A program made the translations under genes and the position numbers. This document shows positions 9,059 to 18,630 of a stretch of DNA of 64,000 bases, in pieces. Below the pieces are notes generated by a model. The model saw only the letters and a list, made by a program, of their open reading frames with translations. It was not told where the DNA came from and did not search any database. Source of the stretch: Acidobacteriota bacterium (lineage in GTDB: Bacteria; Acidobacteriota; Terriglobia; Bryobacterales; Bryobacteraceae); the NCBI GenBank assembly GCA_029776225.1, contig JAKOTR010000043.1:39195-103194 (forward strand). The letters run 5' to 3'. The stretch's first letter is position 1; every line of letters starts with the position of its first letter.

Positions 9059-9072
9059 GTGACGGCGGTCAC
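9059..9072. promoter_or_regulatory. Perfect GTGAC-N4-GTCAC dyad, ~57 bp upstream of the ric start
   Basis: Sequence gtgacggcggtcac read directly. Confidence 0.45.
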
Positions 9073-9175
9073 AAGGGCGCAAGGGGGCAGCGTGCTCAGG
9101 GACGGGGTCACAAGGCGCAACGCGCGGCGGGGCGCGGTAACAAGGGTCACAAGGGCGCAAAGGACAGCGGGCGCG

Positions 9176-9189
9176 GTGACGAGTGTCAC
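9176..9189. promoter_or_regulatory. Perfect GTGAC-N4-GTCAC dyad
   Basis: Sequence gtgacgagtgtcac read directly. Confidence 0.45.
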
Positions 9190-9251
9190 AAGACCGCAAG
9201 GGATGGCGGGCTTGCTGAGATGGGGCACAAGGCGCCAAGCATGTCGGCGCG

Positions 9252-9265
9252 GTGACGAGTGTCAC
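9252..9265. promoter_or_regulatory. Perfect GTGAC-N4-GTCAC dyad centred 41.5 bp upstream of the radical SAM ATG (9300)
   Basis: Sequence gtgacgagtgtcac read directly. Spacing to the ATG matches the hemerythrin site, suggesting class-II-like activation and short or absent leaders. Confidence 0.5.
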
Positions 9266-9299
9266 AGAAAAGTCCGGCGTTCGGGATTACCCTCAAAGC

Positions 9300-10379
9300 A
9301 TGAGAGACTTCTCGCAGGCGCCCTTTCTGGTGATCTGGGAGGTGACTCAGGCCTGCGATTTGGCCTGCGTGCACTGCCGCGCCTCGGCCGAACCCCGCCG
9401 GCATCCGCTCGAACTCACCACCGAAGAAGGGTTTCGATTGCTAGATGAAGTCCGGGAGTTCGGCGATCCGCTGGTGGTTTTTACGGGCGGCGACCCGCTG
9501 AAGCGCCCGGACCTGTTCGAACTTCTGAAATACAGCGTGGACCTGGGGTTGCGGACCACCGTGACGCCGAGCGCCACGCCGCTGCTGACCGCCGAAGCCA
9601 TCGAGCGGTTTCGCGACTGCGGCGTTTCGCGCATGGCCGTCAGCGTCGACGGACCGGACGCGGCCACGCACGACGATTTCCGCCGCGTGCCGGGGTCCTT
9701 TGACCGCACCATGTTCGCGCTGGAGCACGCCCGGCGCATCGGGCTTGAAACCCAGGTCAACACCACCGTGACCCGGCTGAACAGGGACACGCTGCCGCGG
9801 ATAGCCAATCTGGTCGCCGCGTCGGGCGCCCGTCTATGGAGTGTCTTTTTCCTGGTTGCGACCGGCCGCGCCCTCCGCACCGATGACCTGGACGCGGACG
9901 CCTACGAGGAAGTCTTTGCCTACCTCTACGAACTGTCGAAGACCGCGCCTTTCGACATCAAGACCACCGAAGCGCAGCATTACCGCCGCTACGTCGCGCA
10001 ACAGAGGAAGCGTGAGGGCGGCGCCGCAGGTTCTCCCAAGGCGCCGGCCGGCCCCATCCAGCGCCAGGCGGGCATCAACGACGGCAAGGGGTTTGTCTTC
10101 ATTTCCCACACGGGGGAGATCTATCCCAGCGGCTTTCTGCCCGTGTCAGGGGGAAACGTCCGGCAGGATTCGCTGGTTGAGGTCTACCGGACGTCCCCGC
10201 TGTTTGTGGCGTTACGGAACCCGGACCGGCTGCGGGGCAAGTGCAGAATCTGCGAATACAGGAACTTGTGCGGGGGATCGCGGTCGCGGGCTTACGCGCT
10301 GACGGGGGACTGGCTGGCGGAGGACCCCAAGTGCGCGTACGAGCCGCGCGACAGGCATGTTGCACTTGTTAACAGTTAG
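9300..10379 (+). CDS. Radical SAM / SPASM-domain protein (AhbD/NirJ/PqqE-like architecture), function unknown
   Basis: CDLACVHC (CX3CX2C) after VIWEVTQA. GGDPL SAM-binding motif. C-terminal Cys-rich SPASM region (CRICEYRNLCGGSRSRAYALTG...CAYEP). Start placed at ATG 9300 (the ORF's 9252 start lies inside the dyad site). Confidence 0.8.
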   Translation: MRDFSQAPFLVIWEVTQACDLACVHCRASAEPRRHPLELTTEEGFRLLDEVREFGDPLVVFTGGDPLKRPDLFELLKYSVDLGLRTTVTPSATPLLTAEAIERFRDCGVSRMAVSVDGPDAATHDDFRRVPGSFDRTMFALEHARRIGLETQVNTTVTRLNRDTLPRIANLVAASGARLWSVFFLVATGRALRTDDLDADAYEEVFAYLYELSKTAPFDIKTTEAQHYRRYVAQQRKREGGAAGSPKAPAGPIQRQAGINDGKGFVFISHTGEIYPSGFLPVSGGNVRQDSLVEVYRTSPLFVALRNPDRLRGKCRICEYRNLCGGSRSRAYALTGDWLAEDPKCAYEPRDRHVALVNS

Positions 10380-10614
10380 GATTGTTGCGCTTTGCGACTT
10401 TTGACCCATGGGTGAGGTATTTTGCCCCACTCATTGCGGAGAATCGCACCCGTTCCTCCGAATCCTCATTTGAGGCTCCTCTGCATCCCCATTGAAAAAT
10501 AAAAAGATTCCATACTTTCCGATCTGTATTAAGATGCATGAATGTTGGAGGTACGCCTGCTCGGAATCGCAGCGCACTATTGTGAGTTGGCTAGGTTATC
10601 TGGAGGATGCGTTT

Positions 10615-12657
10615 ATGCGCTCACGGTTTTCTTTTTCGATCGCGGTCAAACTCGTGCTTGTCCTCGCCTTCCTGGCGGGTTCCGCAATTCTGTTAAGTAG
10701 TTCCGATAAGCCCGCGTTCACCGCGATGGACAAGGCGTTCTACGCCGACGCCAATGCTATCAACTTCGTCCGGCCGGGCCTGGACATCAAAATCGAGTCG
10801 GCCAGCATTGAAGCCGACGGCACGATCAAGGCCCGGATCAAGGTGACGGACCCCAAGGGCCTGCCGCTGGACCTCGATGGGGTTACGACGCCGGGAACCA
10901 TTTCGACGCGTTTCGTGATCGGTGTCATTCCGAATGGGCAGAAGCAGTACATCTCCTACATCACCCGGCAGGTGACCAGCACGATCACGAATCAGACCGC
11001 CACCCAGGCCACTTACGATTCCGGCGGCACATTCACCAAAGAGGCCGACGGGGTCTACACATACACCTTCGGGGCGAAAGCGCCGGCCAATTTTGACCGC
11101 AGCGCGACGCACAGCATCGGCGTATGGGCGGCCCGCGACCTGAGCGAGTTCGATCTGGATGCCGTTGCGAATTACGACTCCGACGTGTTCCACTTCGTTC
11201 CCAACGGCAGCCCGGTGACGGTGACGCGCGACGTAATCCGCACCCAGAGCTGCAACAAGTGCCACGATCCGCTGTCGGCGCACGACGAACGGCAGGGCAT
11301 TGAACTGTGCAATATCTGCCACAACCCCCAGAGCAGCGATCCCGACACCGGCAACACAATCGACATGGTTGTGATGACCCACAAGATCCACATGGGCAAG
11401 GATCTGCCGAGTGTGAAGGCGGGCGGCAAGTATCAGCTCATTGGCTACCGCAACACGGTGTACGACTATTCCACTGTGGGCTTCCCGGCCGATGCCCGGC
11501 GCTGCACCTTCTGCCACGAGCAGAACACTGGCGCGGCGCAGGCTACCGCTTATCTGAAGCCGAGCCGCGTGGCCTGCGGCTCCTGCCACGACAACGTGAA
11601 CTTCGCCACGGGCGAGAACCACGTGAACCTTCCGCAGCTCAGCGATAACCTGTGCGCGAATTGCCACATCCCGCAGGGCGAGCTGGACTTCGACGCCTCG
11701 GTTATCGGCGCGCACACGATTCCGGAGTTCTCGAACGAGCTGCCCGGCACGGTCTTTGAGATCGTCGACGTTCGCGACGGCGAGGCGGGCAAGAATCCGA
11801 CCGTAACCTTTACGGTGAAGGATAAGGCCGGCAACCCGGTCACGGACATTTCCGGGATGCGCCTATCGCTCGTTCTGGCCGGGCCGACGACGGACTACTC
11901 CAGCTACGTTTCGGAGACCGCCAACGGCGCGCAGGGCTCGGGCGGAACCTATACCTACACCTTCAAGCAGGCGATCCCGGCTGATGCCAAGGGCACCTTC
12001 GCGGTGGGCATCGAAGGATACCGCACTGTAACCCTGCTCGAGGGGACCACGCGGCAGATGAGCGTTCGCGATGCCGGCATGAACAAGGTGTATTACTTCT
12101 CCGTGGACGGCTCGCCGGTCACTCCGCGCCGGCAGGTGGTGAGCCTGGAGAAGTGCAACTCCTGCCATGCGTCGCTCTCCGCGCACGGCGGCAATCGCAA
12201 CACGATCGAACAGTGCGTGCTTTGCCACAACCCGCTTAAGACCGACGCCGCCGCCCGGCCCGCCGAAGAGAAGCCGGACATGACCATCCAGATGGCCTAC
12301 ATGATCCACCGGATCCACACCGGCGAGGACAGCCCGTCCGAAATCGTGATCTACGGGCACAACAGCACCCGTTACGACTTCGGCCACGTCCGGTATCCGG
12401 GTGACAGGCGCAATTGCAACGCTTGCCACGTCAACGGTTCCGAACAGCTTCCGCTTTCGGAAAGCCTCCTGAACGTCAACAACCCGCGGGGGGTGTTGAA
12501 CCCGATGGGACCGGCTACGGCGGCCTGCACCGGTTGCCACACCAGCATAGCGGCGGCTTCGCACGCTTTGTCGAACACGACCCAGCTTGGGGAAGCCTGC
12601 GCCGCGTGCCACAAGACCGGCAACGAATTCAGCGTGCCGAAGGTACACGCACGTTAG
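10615..12657 (+). CDS. Decahaem c-type cytochrome, OmcA/MtrC-like (outer-membrane/extracellular type)
   Basis: 10 CXXCH motifs arranged 5 + (~150-aa haem-free beta-rich domain) + 5. Signal peptide MRSRFSFSIAVKLVLVLAFLAGSA. GGAGGA RBS 7 nt upstream of ATG 10615. The ORF-track 10492 start is a TTG extension into AT-rich promoter DNA. Confidence 0.75.
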   Translation: MRSRFSFSIAVKLVLVLAFLAGSAILLSSSDKPAFTAMDKAFYADANAINFVRPGLDIKIESASIEADGTIKARIKVTDPKGLPLDLDGVTTPGTISTRFVIGVIPNGQKQYISYITRQVTSTITNQTATQATYDSGGTFTKEADGVYTYTFGAKAPANFDRSATHSIGVWAARDLSEFDLDAVANYDSDVFHFVPNGSPVTVTRDVIRTQSCNKCHDPLSAHDERQGIELCNICHNPQSSDPDTGNTIDMVVMTHKIHMGKDLPSVKAGGKYQLIGYRNTVYDYSTVGFPADARRCTFCHEQNTGAAQATAYLKPSRVACGSCHDNVNFATGENHVNLPQLSDNLCANCHIPQGELDFDASVIGAHTIPEFSNELPGTVFEIVDVRDGEAGKNPTVTFTVKDKAGNPVTDISGMRLSLVLAGPTTDYSSYVSETANGAQGSGGTYTYTFKQAIPADAKGTFAVGIEGYRTVTLLEGTTRQMSVRDAGMNKVYYFSVDGSPVTPRRQVVSLEKCNSCHASLSAHGGNRNTIEQCVLCHNPLKTDAAARPAEEKPDMTIQMAYMIHRIHTGEDSPSEIVIYGHNSTRYDFGHVRYPGDRRNCNACHVNGSEQLPLSESLLNVNNPRGVLNPMGPATAACTGCHTSIAAASHALSNTTQLGEACAACHKTGNEFSVPKVHAR

Positions 12658-12762
12658 TTGATCCGGGTATAACTAGTAAACGTGCGCACACAACCTATGA
12701 AGCACACGGTCTTGCCGCCGTGGCTGTCGAACGCAAACCGCATTCCTCCTCCTCCTCCTCCA

Positions 12763-13737
12763 ATGCCGATCGGGAGGCCCTGGGCGGGCCTCCCGTGTGC
12801 GTTCGCAGCCATGGCGGCTCTTGTACTTTTTTCCGTTTCCCTCGCGGCCCAGCAGGACCAGGAGAGCGAGCAGACTCAGCAGGCCCAACAGACCCAGCAA
12901 CAGTTGCCTCCGGGCTACGCAGGTTCAGACGTCTGTCTGGGGTGTCACGACGACCTTGGAAAAGCGTTCACCAGAAATCCGCACCACCTTGTCGAGACGG
13001 GCAAGGCCAAGACCAAGACGAACTGGCAGGGCATGGCTTGCGAGTCCTGCCACGGGCCGGGCGCCAAGCACGCGGAAACCGTCTCGCCGTCCGACATCAT
13101 CAACCCGGCTAAGCAGACCGCGGCGAAGGCGAGCCAGAGTTGCCTGGCGTGCCATCTGAATAATCCCATCCACGCCGGGTGGGCCCGCAGCAGCCACAAC
13201 AAGAACCAGACTCCCTGTACCTCCTGCCATGCGATTCACAAGGGCCAGGAGGCGCTGCGTCCGGCGAGGTTCATGGAGATCAACAAGCTCTGCGCGAGTT
13301 GCCACACCTCGGTCTGGGCCCAGTTCGCCAAACCTTACAAGCACCGGCTGGACGTAGGGGCGATGTCGTGCACGGATTGTCACAATCCTCACGGGACGTT
13401 TCTGCCGGGCTCCGTCCGGACGGTGGCCGCCAACGAGCGTGCGTGCTACAAGTGCCACCCGGACAAGACCGGCCCGTTCCCGTTCCCGCATGCTCCGGTG
13501 CAACTGGAGGGCTGCGGGACGTGCCATGAGCCGCACGGCTCAGCGAACCCGCGGATGCTGACGCGCTCCGAGGTGCGGTTCGTGTGCCTGGAGTGCCACT
13601 CGAATATCACCGCGGGTAAAACGATTGGCGGGGTGCCGCCGGCATTTCACGATATCAGGAGCCCGCGTTTCCAAAACTGCACCATATGCCACACCAAGAT
13701 TCACGGTTCCTATGTGGATCCGGGGCTGGAGCGATAG
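12763..13737 (+). CDS. Periplasmic decahaem c-type cytochrome, MtrA/DmsE/PioA-like (start uncertain: 12697, 12763 or 12811)
   Basis: 10 closely spaced CXXCH motifs in ~300 aa. Signal peptide. Low-complexity Q-rich linker after the signal. Confidence 0.75.
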   Translation: MPIGRPWAGLPCAFAAMAALVLFSVSLAAQQDQESEQTQQAQQTQQQLPPGYAGSDVCLGCHDDLGKAFTRNPHHLVETGKAKTKTNWQGMACESCHGPGAKHAETVSPSDIINPAKQTAAKASQSCLACHLNNPIHAGWARSSHNKNQTPCTSCHAIHKGQEALRPARFMEINKLCASCHTSVWAQFAKPYKHRLDVGAMSCTDCHNPHGTFLPGSVRTVAANERACYKCHPDKTGPFPFPHAPVQLEGCGTCHEPHGSANPRMLTRSEVRFVCLECHSNITAGKTIGGVPPAFHDIRSPRFQNCTICHTKIHGSYVDPGLER

Positions 13738-13739
13738 CG

Positions 13740-15743
13740 ATGAGAGCACTTCTGATTATCCTGATCGCGCTTCCGCTTGCGGCCCAGGCGCCGGTCGGTT
13801 CGCAGGCGCCCGTACCGCCGCCGCCGAAGGACGCCATTCCTCTGGTGCAGCAGCCGGACCTCACCGCTCCGCCCGACGAGCCTTTCCTCACCGGCAACCT
13901 GGATGTCGGCTACCGCTGGGTCAGTGGCGTGGGCGGCGACTTCAACACCTATCGCAGCGTCGTGAACCTCGGCGACGGACCCAGGCTGTTCAACCTCGAC
14001 GCGGTCATCGTGCCGCCGGCGTGGAAGTTTGCCGACCGGATCCAGGTGAACGCGAACAACTGGGGCGGGGATCCGTATAACTTCGCCCGGGTGAGCGCGC
14101 GCAAGCTGGGTGTCTACGACTTCTACTGGAACTACCGCAACATCGCGTACTTCAATTTCCTGCCGTCGTTCGCCAATCCGAACCTGGAGCGCGGCATTTT
14201 TCTCAACCAGCGGGGCTTCGACACCTTCAAGCGGATCAACGACGCCGAGCTGGTGCTGAGGCCGGGGCGGAGCATCACTCCGTACGTCGCCTACAGCCGC
14301 AGCGGCGACCGCGGCACGGGCACCACGAACATTGTTCTGGAAAGCAACGAATACACCGTGCCGGACCGGATCGATAACAACGTCAATATCTACCGCGCCG
14401 GCAGCAGGTTCCAGTTCAACCGGTACAACCTGACGCTGGAAGCCGGCGGGATCTCCTACGACAACGACCAGCGCGTTGAGATCGGAGATACGCCGAATTT
14501 CGGCAACCGCACGACTCCCTTCTTGGGGCAGACTCTGTTTCTGACGCAGGGTTTGCAGAGCTACAACGTCAGCGGCAGCGGCGTCTTCACGCGGGGGATG
14601 TTTGCCGCGAACCCGGTGAATTGGGCCGATGTGTTCGGGCAATTCGAGTTCAGCCAACTGAAGAGCACGACCCGCTTCAGCGAGAACGCCGCCGGGAACC
14701 TGGTGAACCTGGCGGCGGTATCGTTCTTCAACGAACTGATCCGGACGGCGGACTCGCGCGTCAAGCAGCCGCACCCGTCGGGCCAGATCGGGGCCGAATT
14801 GCGGCCCACGCGATGGCTGCGCATCCTGGAGTTCGCCTCCACCAACCGCCTGCACAACGCCGGTACAGAACTGCTGATTGACCGCATGCTGTTTGCGGGC
14901 CTTCCGCCGACGGAAGAGGTCGTGAACCTGGCCGAGCGGCTGGAAGTGACCTACAACCAGCAGCAGGTGAACTTCCTGTTCGACGTCACGCCGAGGCTCA
15001 TGCTTCGAGCCGGGCACCGGTACGTCTGGGGAGAAGCGGAGGCGCCCGCCGCCCTTATCCTGGGGGGCGTGGGAACGGAATCGGCCAAACTGCGCAGGAA
15101 CGTGGCGCTGGCCGGAGCCACCTGGCGCAGCCCGCGCAAGCTGCGCGTCACGGTGGAGTACGAAGGCTCGCCGGGCGACCGTTCGTTCTTCCGCACCAGT
15201 GTGAACGAGTACCAGAAGGGGCGCGTGATGGCGCGCTATCAGGCGCTGCCCTCGCTGGCGCTAACCTTCAATTTCGGAATCTTCGACAACCACAACCCGG
15301 CGCCGAGCCAGTACGATTTCCAGAGCCGGGACGCCTCGCTTTCCGCCTACTGGGCGCCCCAGGGAGGCAAGCGGGTGAGTTTCATTGCCGAATACGCGCG
15401 GGCAACCGTGAGCTCGGATATCAGTTTCGTGGTGCCGAACACGCTTCAGGAGGCGCTCTCGGTTTATCGGGAACGTTCGCACACGGGACTGCTGCTTGCG
15501 GAATTCCCGCTTCCGGGGCGCGGGGTGTTCCAGCCCAGGCTGGATGTCGGGGGATCGCTGTTCTATTCGACGGGCACGCGTCCCTCGCGGTACTACCAGC
15601 CGTTCGGCAGGTTCCGCCTGCCCCTCGGCGAGCACGTCGCCTGGTACGGCGAGTGGCGGTGGTACGGCTTCACCCAGCCGACGTTCCTGTTTGAGGGATT
15701 CCGCTCCAACCAGGTGATCACCGGCCTGCGGTTCTTCATGTAG
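13740..15743 (+). CDS. Putative outer-membrane beta-barrel porin, MtrB/PioB-like (~667 aa)
   Basis: Signal peptide MRALLIILIALPLAAQA. No Cys. Rich in Y/F/N/G/S/T/R with aromatic C-terminus (GLRFFM). Sits directly downstream of two decahaem genes in mtrC-A-B order. Confidence 0.55.
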   Translation: MRALLIILIALPLAAQAPVGSQAPVPPPPKDAIPLVQQPDLTAPPDEPFLTGNLDVGYRWVSGVGGDFNTYRSVVNLGDGPRLFNLDAVIVPPAWKFADRIQVNANNWGGDPYNFARVSARKLGVYDFYWNYRNIAYFNFLPSFANPNLERGIFLNQRGFDTFKRINDAELVLRPGRSITPYVAYSRSGDRGTGTTNIVLESNEYTVPDRIDNNVNIYRAGSRFQFNRYNLTLEAGGISYDNDQRVEIGDTPNFGNRTTPFLGQTLFLTQGLQSYNVSGSGVFTRGMFAANPVNWADVFGQFEFSQLKSTTRFSENAAGNLVNLAAVSFFNELIRTADSRVKQPHPSGQIGAELRPTRWLRILEFASTNRLHNAGTELLIDRMLFAGLPPTEEVVNLAERLEVTYNQQQVNFLFDVTPRLMLRAGHRYVWGEAEAPAALILGGVGTESAKLRRNVALAGATWRSPRKLRVTVEYEGSPGDRSFFRTSVNEYQKGRVMARYQALPSLALTFNFGIFDNHNPAPSQYDFQSRDASLSAYWAPQGGKRVSFIAEYARATVSSDISFVVPNTLQEALSVYRERSHTGLLLAEFPLPGRGVFQPRLDVGGSLFYSTGTRPSRYYQPFGRFRLPLGEHVAWYGEWRWYGFTQPTFLFEGFRSNQVITGLRFFM

Positions 15744-15806
15744 GGTGGGGGACCGCCGGCCGGGGCGGCGTTGGGCAGACGCCTCAACTCTGCCAAAATA
15801 AGGAAT

Positions 15807-16880
15807 ATGCGAGCGAAGTTGGCGCTCCTGGTGTTCGTGGCGTCGCTGTTGTGCCCCGCGCAAAACAAGCTGACCGTAGAGCAAGTCGTCAAATTTATCC
15901 GGTCCGCCATCGAGCTGAAACAATCCGACAGAGAGGTCGCCGACTACCTTCGCAGACAGGCGATGCGCGAGCGCCTGGACGACCGCACTATAGAAGAGCT
16001 CGAAGGTCTGGGAGCCGGTCCCAGAACGGTGGAGGCGCTGCGGCGGCTGCGCGACGCTTCGAAAAATTTGCCCGCTCCGGAGACCCCGCCGGCGCAGGAG
16101 GCGCCCGCTCCGGCGCCGATGCCGCCGCCCAGCCCGGAAGAGCAGCGCAGAGTCATCGAGCAGGCGCGCGATTACGCGCTCAGCTACACAAAGAACCTGC
16201 CGAACTTTATCTGCACGCAGGTTACGCGCCGCTACTTCGATCCGAGCGGGCTGGAATTCTGGAAACAGCACGACGTGCTGACCGCGCGGCTCAGCTTCTT
16301 CGAGCAGAAGGAAGACTACAAGCTGGTGATGGTGAACAACCGCGCCATCACCACCGAAGTCCCTTACCTTTCGGTGGGCGGCGCTATTTCCACCGGCGAG
16401 TTCGGCACCATGATGAAGGAGCTGTTCGAGCCGGAAACCCAGGCGGACTTCCGCTGGGAGCGCTGGGGCAAACTGCGCGGGCGCATCGCACACGTGTTCT
16501 CCTACCGCGTGGCGCAAGAGCGCTCGAAGTGGCACGTCTCTTACGAGAACTCAAATGAAATCGTGCCCGGCTATCACGGCTTGGTCTATGTCGATCGTGA
16601 CACCAACATGGTGCTGCGGATCACGCTGGTAGCGGATCTCCCGCCGACGTATCCGCTCCAGGAAGTCAGCGACACGCTGGATTACGACCTCGCCCCCATC
16701 GGCACGCAAGAGTATATGCTGCCGTTGAAAGCGGTCGTGCGCACGAGGCAGGGAAGACTGCTCGCCAGGAACGACGTTGAGTTCCGCATGTACCGCCGGT
16801 TCACCGCCGAGGCTGAAATCAAGTTCGAAACTCCCGACCCGCTTCCCGAGGAGAAAACAACCGAGCAGCCGCCGCAATAG
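15807..16880 (+). CDS. Hypothetical secreted protein with Pro/Ala-rich linker (no family recognised)
   Basis: Signal peptide MRAKLALLVFVASLLCPAQ. AAGGA RBS. Follows the mtrB-like gene with a 64-bp gap. Confidence 0.5.
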   Translation: MRAKLALLVFVASLLCPAQNKLTVEQVVKFIRSAIELKQSDREVADYLRRQAMRERLDDRTIEELEGLGAGPRTVEALRRLRDASKNLPAPETPPAQEAPAPAPMPPPSPEEQRRVIEQARDYALSYTKNLPNFICTQVTRRYFDPSGLEFWKQHDVLTARLSFFEQKEDYKLVMVNNRAITTEVPYLSVGGAISTGEFGTMMKELFEPETQADFRWERWGKLRGRIAHVFSYRVAQERSKWHVSYENSNEIVPGYHGLVYVDRDTNMVLRITLVADLPPTYPLQEVSDTLDYDLAPIGTQEYMLPLKAVVRTRQGRLLARNDVEFRMYRRFTAEAEIKFETPDPLPEEKTTEQPPQ

Positions 16881-16897
16881 TTTGCGAATTTGCCGGC

Positions 16898-18571
<1,674 letters not shown>

Positions 18572-18630
18572 CGGTACCCCGTCGCCCTGTCAAACTCACC
18601 CAGTAATTGTACAACAGCCGCCCACCGCAT

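Larger units (their letters stand above)
9059..9290. repeat. Tandem array of ~6 imperfect 39-bp repeats (core GTCACAAGG(G)CGCAAGG) in the RIC / radical-SAM divergent intergenic region
   Basis: GTCAC/GGCAC core recurs at 9068, 9107, 9146, 9185, 9224 and 9261 (spacing 39,39,39,39,37). The 20-mer gcgcggtgacgagtgtcaca is duplicated exactly (9171-9190 and 9247-9266). Confidence 0.7.

Noticed and set aside
9059-9290. Possible CRISPR array
   Set aside because: The repeats are imperfect and contiguous (39-bp period), with no unique spacers and no cas genes. It is a tandem repeat / operator array instead.
10492-10614. N-terminal extension of the decahaem ORF (TTG start, MKNKKIPYF...)
   Set aside because: Lies in AT-rich promoter-like DNA. 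A GGAGGA RBS and a signal peptide begin at ATG 10615.
10693-11715. 340-aa minus-strand ORF
   Set aside because: Antisense to the decahaem cytochrome gene; the plus frame carries ten CXXCH motifs.
13710-15017. 435-aa minus-strand ORF
   Set aside because: Antisense to the MtrB-like gene.
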